Source: Bacteroidales bacterium (GTDB taxonomy: Bacteria; Bacteroidota; Bacteroidia; Bacteroidales; ML635J-15). Taken from it: DNA of 64,000 nucleotides. The notes beneath the pieces are model-generated. The model was not told the origin of the DNA. It did not search any database and saw nothing but the letters and a program-made list of their open reading frames with translations. The stretch's first letter is position 1, and every line of letters begins with the position of its first letter. Positions 55,842-64,000 of the stretch are shown here, piece after piece. Position numbers and translations under genes: made by a program. The DNA is taken from contig OY781043.1 of NCBI GenBank assembly GCA_963676165.1, positions 3,769,342 to 3,833,341 on the forward strand, read 5' to 3'.

Positions 55842-56066
55842 TCTGAGAATCAGGGGTCATGAGTCAGGGGCTAGGAGTCAGGGCTTTGCTGGAAGTATGG
55901 GAAATTGGCAAAGACTGGAGTTTTTCGAGTCCACACAACCACGTACAAACGAATGACAATTGCTTTCTCTTTCCCATTGAATACCAATTGTCTTTTCTCC
56001 AATTCGCAGCAATCAGGTGTCAGGTGAATTACAATAAAAAAGTTTTGACAGTAATAATATGTAAAG

Positions 56067-56074
56067 TATATTTG
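56067..56074 (+). promoter_or_regulatory. -7 promoter box (TATATTTG)
   Basis: TAnnTTTG match 35 nt upstream of the ATG at 56109. Confidence 0.4.
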
Positions 56075-56108
56075 TCATATTAGAAAGTTAACTTTACATA
56101 TATTTCTT

Positions 56109-56516
56109 ATGAAAGAGAAAAATAAACAACATGAACTAAGATTACTTCCAAGGTATTTCAACAAAATTGGAATTGGAATATTTCTAATTATTGGCTTAAT
56201 AGTCGTATTAACTGTTGTAGATATTTTTAAAATAAATCCAGATATTTTACTCACAATTACGAAATCTGGAATTTTAGTTGGTCTTTTAATTCTTGCAATG
56301 ACTAAGATTAAAACAGAAGATGAATTAACCTTAAGAATAAGATTAAAATCATTAGGCTTTGCTTTTATTTTCGGAGTTGGATATACTATTGTTGAACCAT
56401 TTATTAACCTTGTGTTTCAGAATAGTTTTATAACGAAAAGAAGTGTTTCAGAACTTCTAATTACAATGCTTCTTGTTTACTTTGTGATATTTCATTCAAT
56501 GTTAAAAAAACGGTAA
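56109..56516 (+). CDS. 4-TM membrane protein (DUF2975-like partner of the XRE regulator)
   Basis: 135 aa with about 4 predicted TM helices. Its stop overlaps the start of the next gene (TAATG). Confidence 0.55.
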   Translation: MKEKNKQHELRLLPRYFNKIGIGIFLIIGLIVVLTVVDIFKINPDILLTITKSGILVGLLILAMTKIKTEDELTLRIRLKSLGFAFIFGVGYTIVEPFINLVFQNSFITKRSVSELLITMLLVYFVIFHSMLKKR

Positions 56517-56716
56517 TGAAGAACTATATAAAAATTCATCGAGCAATTAACGATCTGACACAAGAAGAATTGGCGAAAATAATTGGAGTTTCTAGGCAAA
56601 CAATCAACTCGATTGAGAAAAATAGATATGTCCCATCGACAATCTTAGCATTAAAAATTGCAAAATGTTTCAAAAAAAGTGTCAATGAAATATTTGAACT
56701 TGAGGAATATGATTAA
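56516..56716 (+). CDS. XRE-family HTH transcriptional regulator (YozG-like)
   Basis: 66 aa containing LTQEELAKIIGVSRQTINSIEKNRYVPS. Confidence 0.88.
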   Translation: MKNYIKIHRAINDLTQEELAKIIGVSRQTINSIEKNRYVPSTILALKIAKCFKKSVNEIFELEEYD

Positions 56717-56720
56717 AAAA

Positions 56721-58199
56721 GAGACTGTATTCTGAAGTCTGTCCATAATTCAAACAAATATTAATTTTGTAACATTATGGGAAGAAGAAAAGAAAGTCCT
56801 GAGTACAAAGCAATGCGTGATTTAGCCTTGGAACAGTTAAAAAGAGGTCAATCGTTAACCGGTAAAGGTGGTGTTTTTGAACCTATTGTTAAAGAGTTTT
56901 TAGAAAGTGCTTTACAAGCAGAGATGGATGCGCACTTGGATCCAGCCGAACGTTCAAGTGGCAATAAGCGCAATGGCAAAGGGCAGAAGACACTTAAAAC
57001 AGATGTAGGAGAGGTAACCATTGAGCCACCTTATGATCGTAATGGCACATTTGAGCCAGAGATAATAAAAAAGCGTCAAACTGTTTTAGCGGATAATTTA
57101 GCCCCCAAGATCATAGGCCTTTATGGTAAAGGGATGAGTCTACGCGATATAGGCCTTTATATTGAGGAGATGTATGATGTGGAGGTTTCTTCTAGCGTTT
57201 TAAGCGAGATTACCGATCGAGTTATACCTCAGGTTAAAGAGTGGCAAAATCGCCCATTAGACGATGTTTATCCGATTGTGTGGCTTGATGCAATGCATTA
57301 TAAAGTACGTGATGGAGGGAAGGTGGTTTCCCGTGCAGTTTACAATATTTTATCCGTCAACAAAGAAGGCCGCAAAGAATTGATTGGGATGTATATATCA
57401 GAAAGCGAAGGTGCAAATTTCTGGCTTTCAGTCCTTACAGATTTAAAAAGTCGAGGTGTTAAAGATATTCTAATTGCTTGTACAGATAATCTTTCCGGCT
57501 TCTCTCAAGCCATCTTAAGCATTTTTCCAGAGGCAGAAATACAGAAGTGTATTGTTCATCAAATCAGGAATTCTATTAAATATGTAGCCTCAAAAGACCA
57601 GAAGCCTTTTATGAAAGATCTTAAAAAGGTGTATAAAGCAGCAACAAAGTCGGGAGCTGAAACAGAGCTGCTTAATTTGGAAGATATTTGGGGTAAGAAA
57701 TATCCAATTGTGATTAAGTCCTGGAATGAGAACTGGAATGAACTATCCAATTACTTCAAATATGATGAGCCTATTAGAAAACTGATTTACACGACTAATC
57801 CTGTTGAAGGTTTTCATCGTCAGGTCCGTAAAGTAACGAAAACCAAAGGTGCATTTACCAGCGATATGGCGCTGCTTAAGCTCATCTATTTGGTTACTGA
57901 AAATGTGTCAAAGAAATGGACTCAGCCTCTGCATAACTGGTCACTAACAGTACAACAACTGTGTATTCACTTCGAAGGTCGTTTTAAAATCGAACTCTAA
58001 AAACAGTGAACCAACTCTAAAAAGCAAAGGAAAAATAATTTATAAAACCTGTCAAGGGTATATAAACGGCTTCGTACCTCAGCCGCCCTTGACAGAACCT
58101 GTAAATTATTTAAGCGGGCTTTTAAGAATTGGTCTCGAAAAAAATATTAATTTTGATTATTCATTAACAAACAACTGGACAGAGTTCAGATTACACTCC
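56721..58199 (+). mobile_element. IS256-family insertion sequence, complete
   Basis: 1479 bp with 25-bp terminal inverted repeats (56721-56745 versus 58175-58199, 20/25 match). A perfect 8-bp target duplication TTAAAAAA lies at 56713-56720 and 58200-58207. Confidence 0.9.
56777..58000 (+). CDS. IS256 family (Mutator-type) transposase
   Basis: Motifs WLDAMHYKVR, ACTDNLSGF, QKCIVHQIRN and TTNPVEGFHRQVRKVTK. Confidence 0.93.
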   Translation: MGRRKESPEYKAMRDLALEQLKRGQSLTGKGGVFEPIVKEFLESALQAEMDAHLDPAERSSGNKRNGKGQKTLKTDVGEVTIEPPYDRNGTFEPEIIKKRQTVLADNLAPKIIGLYGKGMSLRDIGLYIEEMYDVEVSSSVLSEITDRVIPQVKEWQNRPLDDVYPIVWLDAMHYKVRDGGKVVSRAVYNILSVNKEGRKELIGMYISESEGANFWLSVLTDLKSRGVKDILIACTDNLSGFSQAILSIFPEAEIQKCIVHQIRNSIKYVASKDQKPFMKDLKKVYKAATKSGAETELLNLEDIWGKKYPIVIKSWNENWNELSNYFKYDEPIRKLIYTTNPVEGFHRQVRKVTKTKGAFTSDMALLKLIYLVTENVSKKWTQPLHNWSLTVQQLCIHFEGRFKIEL

Positions 58200-58218
58200 C
58201 TTAAAAAACTCATTTATC

Positions 58219-59406
58219 CTAATACAACAAACCAAACATCCACAGCGGAATACTGTTATTAATGCCAATTTCGATATCATCTTTTACTATAAATGCATTA
58301 TCCATTCCCGCAACTTGCTTTTGAGTTTTACTTTTCCCTCCAATCTCAACAATATAGGAATCATCAATTAAAATATCCCCTTTTTCAGGCAAACTTAATC
58401 GATGCAAGTGGGATAATTGTGATAAAAAGAAACTTTCACGTACATTTCCGATATCAGGATTTCCCTCGCTTAATGCATAAATATAGTTTGTGTTGTGCAA
58501 CCAGATTTTATCAGGCTTGTTTAACACACTAATGCTTTTTGTCCTTTTATAAAGCATTTGGATGAGTTCAGCACGTTCCAACAAATCCAATGCTTCTATT
58601 ACCGCATTTCGAGTTAAACCTATCTTCTCACTGAGTTTTGAAATGTTTGGAGTAAAAGGAACATTCACTGATAAAACATACAATAATCGCTTTAGCTTGG
58701 CAATGCTATTGTAATCGAAAGCTTTTACTGTCAATAAATCCAATTCCAATATTAAATTGACAATGTTACGTATGCGTTGATAATATTCAATTTCATTGTC
58801 CTCAAAAAATGGGAATGCACCTGTTTTTAAATAATCAGAAAAGTATTTCAGTGGCTTAAATTGCTTTAATAAATCATGTGCAATTGATTCATGATCAGAC
58901 AATAATATTTGGAGTGAGAGTTTGGGTGAATCAATTTTATGTTGAAATTGTAGAAACTCCCTAAATGACATTTCTTTCAAAGTATAACTTATTGCCCGGC
59001 GACTTAAATCTGATTCTCCTTTGTAAATATCAAGAATTGAAGAAGATGAAAAAATTAGTTTCAAACTAGGAAAATCATCATAAATCAATTTTAACTCTCG
59101 TGACCAGTTTGGGTATTTATGAACTTCATCCAGCAAAAGTAATTGTCCACCTTGCTTCTCAAATGCTTCTGCCAATGAATACAGATTATTTTCTGTAAAA
59201 AACAAATCATCCAAGGCAACATATAAACTTTCAATTTCTGGATGTTCTGCAGCAATTTGTAACATTAAAGTGGTTTTTCCTGCACCACGACTTCCTAACA
59301 AACTTATCTGTCGATTATCAAAATTCATTTCATTAAACAAATATCGCTTAAATGTAAGAGGTACATTTTTAATTTTTTGAGCCGATTTTATCAGAAGATT
59401 TTCCAT
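58219..59406 (-). CDS. AAA+ ATPase (AAA_14 + DUF4143-like), paralog of 26177-27370
   Basis: Walker A GSRGAGKTT and Walker B LLLLDEVH. The start is moved to ATG 59406 by alignment with the paralog. Confidence 0.8.
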   Translation of the reverse strand: MENLLIKSAQKIKNVPLTFKRYLFNEMNFDNRQISLLGSRGAGKTTLMLQIAAEHPEIESLYVALDDLFFTENNLYSLAEAFEKQGGQLLLLDEVHKYPNWSRELKLIYDDFPSLKLIFSSSSILDIYKGESDLSRRAISYTLKEMSFREFLQFQHKIDSPKLSLQILLSDHESIAHDLLKQFKPLKYFSDYLKTGAFPFFEDNEIEYYQRIRNIVNLILELDLLTVKAFDYNSIAKLKRLLYVLSVNVPFTPNISKLSEKIGLTRNAVIEALDLLERAELIQMLYKRTKSISVLNKPDKIWLHNTNYIYALSEGNPDIGNVRESFFLSQLSHLHRLSLPEKGDILIDDSYIVEIGGKSKTQKQVAGMDNAFIVKDDIEIGINNSIPLWMFGLLY

Positions 59407-59594
59407 AATTGCTTTCAATTTAAGCAAATTTAACAATATTTTGCTTTTCATCAAAGCATTTTTGTGTATTTTTTGCTTTTTTATTGAGCAATTTTGTGTT
59501 TTTTGACTTCTTCATCGTGCATTTTCGCCCTCTTGAAAGTGATTTCCCTTCATTTCAAAAAAATTTATACCTTGAGCATTCAAAATCGTTGACT

Positions 59595-61511
59595 ATGAAA
59601 ACAATCATTGATCTTTTTGAGGAAAGCGTAAAACAATATGCGGATAATCCCTTTCTATGGGAAAAACAAAATGGGAAATACCAAGCAACAACGTATAAAG
59701 CATGCAAAGAACAAGTTGAAATTCTTGCTGCCGGACTCATGTCGTTGGGATTGGAAGAAAAAGATCATGTCGCCTTATTAAGTGAAGGCAGAAACCAATG
59801 GATTATGAGCGAATTGGCAGTGCTTTATAATCATGCTGCTAACGTTCCATTATCCATAAAATTAGAAGCCAAAGAAATTCTGTTTAGAATCAATCATTCA
59901 GAGGCAAAATTTGTTATAGTATCTGGTCAACAAGCTGAAAAAATTGCTTTAATAAAAGATGAATTAACATCCGTAAAGCAAATTATTTATCTGGATACAG
60001 TACCTGAGTTGGACTCGGATGGAATATCGTATCAAGCGGTTTTTTCACGAGGTGAAGAGCTATTAAAATCACAAGCAGATGCAATATTCCAACGCAGGCA
60101 ACATATTGAAAATAATTCCTGGGTCAACATTACATACACTTCCGGAACAACAGCAGATCCGAAAGGCATTATATTAACTCACAGGAATTATACGGCTAAT
60201 GTGGAGCAGGCATACAGCTTAATGGATATTCCTGACTATTATAAAACCCTATTAATTCTTCCACTTGATCATTGTTTTGCGCATGTCGCAGGCATATACA
60301 GCTTTATGGGGAAAGGTGCATCCTTGGCCATGGTTGAAACCGGATCAACACCTATGCAAACACTGAAAAACATACCGAAAAATATTCAGGAAATTCAGCC
60401 TCATTTACTACTTAGTGTACCTGCACTGGCAAAGAACTTTAAGAAAAACATAGATGCCGGAATTAAAGCCAAAGGAAAATTCATGTATGGTTTGTATCAA
60501 GCAGCGTTAAAAAATGCCTATAAATACAATAAAGAAGGCTTTAATAAAGGAAAAGGCTTACAAATTTTAAGAAAACCCTTGCATGCGATTTTTGATGCCA
60601 TTTTATTTAAAAAAATCCGTCAGTTCTTTGGTGGAAATTTGGAGTTTTTCATAGGTGGTGGAGCTTTACTTGACATTGCATTACAACGCTATTTCTATGC
60701 AATAGGAATTCCAATGATGCAAGGATATGGACTGTCTGAAGCAACTCCAATCATTAGCTCCAATGCATTGCATAAGCACAAATTAGGCTCAAGCGGATTT
60801 TTAGTTGATCAACTTGATATCCGAATTTGTGATGATGATGGAAATGATTTACCGGTTGGACAAAAGGGCGAAATCGTTGTGAAAGGTGAAAATGTGATGT
60901 ATGGATATTGGAAAAATGAAAAAGCAACAGCAGAAACTGTCATTGATGGCTGGTTACATACCGGCGACATGGGTTATATGGATGCTGATGGCTTTTTGTA
61001 TGTGTTGGGACGATTCAAAAGCCTGCTGATTGCCAGCGATGGAGAAAAATACAGTCCTGAGGCCATTGAAGAATCGCTCACTGAAAAAACAAAGTATATT
61101 GATCAAGTCGTGCTTCACAACGATCAAAGCCCATACACTGTGGGCTTGGTTTATCCTGATTATAATGCGCTGGAATCTGCTCTGAAATCGCACAATCTGA
61201 ATTTAGCAAGTAAAGCAGGTCAGGAAAAAGCATTAAAGCTGGTTCAGCAAGACATAAATTTGTTTAAGAAAGGTGGAATATTTGAAGGGGAATTTCCTGA
61301 ACGTTGGTTGCCATCAGCCATTGCGTTGCTTTCTGAAGGATTTACAGAGCAAAATAAAATGATGAATAGCACCATGAAGGTAGTGCGTGGAAAAGTCACT
61401 GAGCATTACAAAGAAACCATAGATTTTCTGTACGATTTCCAGAAAAAAGATTTGGCTGAAACTCATAAAATCAAAGCAATTTCAGCCAGTGGAAAGACAG
61501 TAGTGGAATAA
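59595..61511 (+). CDS. long-chain fatty acid--CoA ligase (AMP-binding family)
   Basis: YTSGTTADPKG, GYGLSE and TGDMGYMDADGFLYVLGRFK. The start is moved to ATG 59595 (MKTIIDLF). Confidence 0.88.
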   Translation: MKTIIDLFEESVKQYADNPFLWEKQNGKYQATTYKACKEQVEILAAGLMSLGLEEKDHVALLSEGRNQWIMSELAVLYNHAANVPLSIKLEAKEILFRINHSEAKFVIVSGQQAEKIALIKDELTSVKQIIYLDTVPELDSDGISYQAVFSRGEELLKSQADAIFQRRQHIENNSWVNITYTSGTTADPKGIILTHRNYTANVEQAYSLMDIPDYYKTLLILPLDHCFAHVAGIYSFMGKGASLAMVETGSTPMQTLKNIPKNIQEIQPHLLLSVPALAKNFKKNIDAGIKAKGKFMYGLYQAALKNAYKYNKEGFNKGKGLQILRKPLHAIFDAILFKKIRQFFGGNLEFFIGGGALLDIALQRYFYAIGIPMMQGYGLSEATPIISSNALHKHKLGSSGFLVDQLDIRICDDDGNDLPVGQKGEIVVKGENVMYGYWKNEKATAETVIDGWLHTGDMGYMDADGFLYVLGRFKSLLIASDGEKYSPEAIEESLTEKTKYIDQVVLHNDQSPYTVGLVYPDYNALESALKSHNLNLASKAGQEKALKLVQQDINLFKKGGIFEGEFPERWLPSAIALLSEGFTEQNKMMNSTMKVVRGKVTEHYKETIDFLYDFQKKDLAETHKIKAISASGKTVVE

Positions 61512-61515
61512 TGAA

Positions 61516-61755
61516 ATGATAGACAAAAATAAAATACCAGAAAAAACTTTAGAAGATTTAGTTGAGTTGCTTGGCTATGATGGAGCCGAAGCATTTCTTA
61601 ATGATGAACGATACAATTTTCAAGCTGTTCAACGAAAAATCTTTTCCGAAAGGTTTAAACGAAGATATGGCAAAAGAATTTATGTTTATATTGGACTTAT
61701 TGCATTGATAATCACAATTATTTATGAAATTCTCAGAGCAAATTATATTATTTAA
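61516..61755 (+). CDS. small tail-anchored membrane protein, hypothetical
   Basis: 79 aa with one C-terminal TM helix, closely following the ligase gene. Confidence 0.4.
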   Translation: MIDKNKIPEKTLEDLVELLGYDGAEAFLNDERYNFQAVQRKIFSERFKRRYGKRIYVYIGLIALIITIIYEILRANYII

Positions 61756-61764
61756 TAAAAGATT

Positions 61765-61794
61765 AATCACTAAATTAAGTCTAATTTGGTGATT
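61765..61794. terminator. hairpin between convergent genes (possible bidirectional terminator)
   Basis: 13-bp stem AATCACTAAATTA/TAATTTGGTGATT (one mismatch), a 4-nt loop, and T-rich flanks on both strands. Confidence 0.45.
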
Positions 61795-61837
61795 TAATTC
61801 ACCGATTTTGATCAAATTTGGTGATTTTTGAACAGTC

Positions 61838-62662
61838 TTAAGCTGAAACATTATATTCCCTCAAAGCATCGTTAAGGGATGTTTTCTTATCAGTAGAAGC
61901 TTTACGTTTACCAATAATTAGAGCGCAAGACACCTGATATTCACCTGCAGGGAATTTTTTAGTGTATGAACCAGGAATTACAACTGAACGTGCAGGAATT
62001 CTACCTTTCATTTCCACGGGCTCATCTTCGGTAACATCAATAATTTTAGTTGATGCAGTCAACACAACATTTGCGCCAAGCACAGCCTCACGTTCAACAT
62101 GTACGCCTTCAACGACAATGCAACGTGAACCAATGAAACAATGATCTTCAATGATAACGGGAGCAGCCTGAACCGGTTCTAAAACACCACCAATACCAAC
62201 ACCACCTGAAAGATGAACATGTTCACCAATTTGAGCACATGAACCTACAGTAGCCCAAGTATCAACCATGGTATATTGACCTACCCAAGCGCCAATATTA
62301 ACATAAGATGGCATCATAATTACTCCATTGCTTAAGAAGGAACCGTAGCGTGCAATACCATCAGGTACAACACGAACGCCCATTTCAGCATAATTCTTTT
62401 TTAATGGAATTTTGTCATGATATTCAAAGATTCCTTCTTCGAAAGTTTCCATTTTACGAAGCGGAAAATACATAATGACAGCTTTTTTCACCCAATCATT
62501 GACTTTCCAACCACTTTCCGATGTTTCATCGGGTTCAGCAACACGAATTCGACCCTTGTCAAGATCTTCTATGGTTTCAATAATTGCTGATTCAGTTTTG
62601 CTATCTTTCAATAAATCTCGGTTTTCCCAAGCTTTTTCTATCAATTCTTTTCTTTGGTTCAT
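61838..62662 (-). CDS. dapD: 2,3,4,5-tetrahydropyridine-2,6-dicarboxylate N-succinyltransferase
   Basis: 274 aa with a left-handed beta-helix hexapeptide region and a DapD-like N-terminus (LIEKAWENRDLL). Confidence 0.88.
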   Translation of the reverse strand: MNQRKELIEKAWENRDLLKDSKTESAIIETIEDLDKGRIRVAEPDETSESGWKVNDWVKKAVIMYFPLRKMETFEEGIFEYHDKIPLKKNYAEMGVRVVPDGIARYGSFLSNGVIMMPSYVNIGAWVGQYTMVDTWATVGSCAQIGEHVHLSGGVGIGGVLEPVQAAPVIIEDHCFIGSRCIVVEGVHVEREAVLGANVVLTASTKIIDVTEDEPVEMKGRIPARSVVIPGSYTKKFPAGEYQVSCALIIGKRKASTDKKTSLNDALREYNVSA

Positions 62663-62674
62663 GCACCTATTTTT

Positions 62675-62989
62675 TTACAATAATCCAAGTTCAAGTTTCG
62701 CTTCATCGCTCATTTTTTCTTTGTCCCAAGGCGGATCAAAAACAATATTAACCTTCACTTTACCAACACCTTTAGCACGTAAAACGGCAGTCTCTGTCAT
62801 CATAACAATATTATCAGCCATAGGACAATTTGGTGCAGTCAGTGTCATATCAATTTCCACATTATTATCGTCATCCATGTCAATGCGATAGATTAAACCC
62901 AAATCGTAGATATTGACAGGTATTTCCGGGTCAAAAACTTTACGCAATTGGCTCACAATGTCCAATTGTATTTCTTGTTGATTCTTCAT
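62675..62989 (-). CDS. sufT: DUF59-domain Fe-S assembly protein (SufT-like)
   Basis: 104 aa containing DPEIPVNIYDLGLIY...LTAPNCP. Confidence 0.8.
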   Translation of the reverse strand: MKNQQEIQLDIVSQLRKVFDPEIPVNIYDLGLIYRIDMDDDNNVEIDMTLTAPNCPMADNIVMMTETAVLRAKGVGKVKVNIVFDPPWDKEKMSDEAKLELGLL

Positions 62990-62994
62990 AATGA

Positions 62995-63413
62995 TTACGA
63001 TTTTGCATGATAAGCCATTGCATAGGCTTTAATTCGCTTAATCATTGCTAAAAGTCCGTTTGAACGGGTTGGTGAAAGATGTTGATGCAGTCCAATTTGA
63101 TCGATAAAAAATAAATCTGTTTTCATGACTTCCTCAGGAGTTTCATCTTCGAGGACTCGAATTAATAAACTCGCAATTCCCTTCGTGATAATTGCATCAG
63201 AATCCGCTTTAAAATGCATTTTTCCATCTTTTACCTCAGCAGTAATCCATAATTTTGACTGACAACCATCAATCAAATATCTTCTGTTTTTTCTGAAGAT
63301 GGAAGATGCTCCAATTCATTTCCCAAATCTACTAAGTAAGCATATTTGTCCATCCAATCGTCAAAAACGGAAAATTCCTCAATGACAACATTCTGTTTTG
63401 TTTCAATACTCAT
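62995..63413 (-). pseudogene. sufE: cysteine desulfuration protein SufE, interrupted by a 1-nt frameshift
   Basis: The N-terminal 45 codons (MSIETKQN...SSEKTEDI*) are in one frame and the remainder (LIDGCQSKLW..., with the active-site Cys) is in another. The junction lies at an A3/T3 run near 63277. Confidence 0.7.
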
Positions 63414-63446
63414 AACACACATTCAACAATTAATAAAACACTTTGT

Positions 63447-64000
63447 TTAACCTCTCAAAATCATACTAATTTTCTGCAAATTTTTCATCAGAACATCGAT
63501 TTCCTTTTGGGTGTTATACAATGCTATAGATGCACGAATTGTTCCTGAAATATTGTAATGATTCATTACTGGTTCAGCACAATGTGTACCTGTACGAACA
63601 GCCACGCCAGTTTTATCCAACATGGTTCCCATATCGTAAGGATGAATTCCATCCAAAACAAAGGAAAGTACGGATGTCTTTTGCTGAGCAGTACCAATCA
63701 TTTTTAATCCATCAATTTGCAATAATTTTTCAGTGGCGTAATGAAAAAGTGCTTCTTCATGTTGAAGAATATTTTCTAATCCTATTTGACTAATGTATTG
63801 AATTGCAGCGTCTAAACCTATTGCTCCAACGTAATTAGGAGTTCCGGCTTCAAACTTAAAAGGTAATTCATTGTAAGTTGTTTTCTCAATGGAAACTGAA
63901 GAAATCATTTCTCCACCACCATGGAAAGGTGGCATAGCTTCCAAATATTTTTCTTTACCGTATAACACTCCAATTCCAGTAGGTCCATAAATTTTATGTC
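63447..64000 (-). CDS. sufS: cysteine desulfurase SufS (C-terminal part; gene continues past the window end)
   Basis: The frame is open to base 64000 (…HKIYGPTGIGVLYGKEKYL, PLP-Lys context). C-terminal ...RTGTHCAEP active-site Cys loop. Confidence 0.9.
   Translation of the reverse strand, partial: HKIYGPTGIGVLYGKEKYLEAMPPFHGGGEMISSVSIEKTTYNELPFKFEAGTPNYVGAIGLDAAIQYISQIGLENILQHEEALFHYATEKLLQIDGLKMIGTAQQKTSVLSFVLDGIHPYDMGTMLDKTGVAVRTGTHCAEPVMNHYNISGTIRASIALYNTQKEIDVLMKNLQKISMILRG

Overview
This is a 64-kb chromosomal window from a low-GC, Bacteroidota-like genome. Supporting signs are T9SS-type C-terminal sorting domains, many lipoprotein signal peptides and TAnnTTTG -7 promoter boxes. The housekeeping backbone is mfd (5' end cut by the window), mutL, two rhomboids, an EEP-fold protein, a secreted nuclease, zupT, a hydF-like GTPase, mrp/apbC, a nifU-like gene, two glycosyltransferases, gltX, cyclophilin, polA, tRNA-Leu(CAA), dCMP deaminase, S41 peptidase, a GH25 lysozyme, asd, an acyl-CoA ligase, dapD and sufT/sufE/sufS (sufS runs off the 3' edge). 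Accessory and mobile content: (1) A roughly 10.2-kb AT-rich insertion (15916-26070) is bracketed by perfect 135-bp direct repeats that rebuild the 3' ends of two convergent genes. It carries a 965-aa coiled-coil lipoprotein, a serine hydrolase, a lipoprotein, a tandem-HNH nuclease, an island-specific intergenic repeat family, and IS110 and IS3 copies nested in one repeat copy. No integrase is visible. (2) A TetR-regulated Lol-like envelope operon (LolA-like protein, two FtsX/MacB-type permeases, an ABC ATPase, an outer-membrane beta-barrel) is interrupted by a four-helix-bundle gene cassette bounded by heptamer arrays. Its TetR carries a perfect EF-hand loop. (3) A decayed DDE transposase contains a 278-bp MITE-like insertion. 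(4) A CotH/LTD/T9SS surface cluster is present. (5) An intact IS256-family element has an 8-bp TSD. (6) A GC-rich non-coding stretch of about 250 bp lies between ppiase and polA. No CRISPR array, rRNA, prophage or recognisable multi-gene defence system was found. All calls come from reading the ORF translations and the DNA by eye, and no database search was possible.
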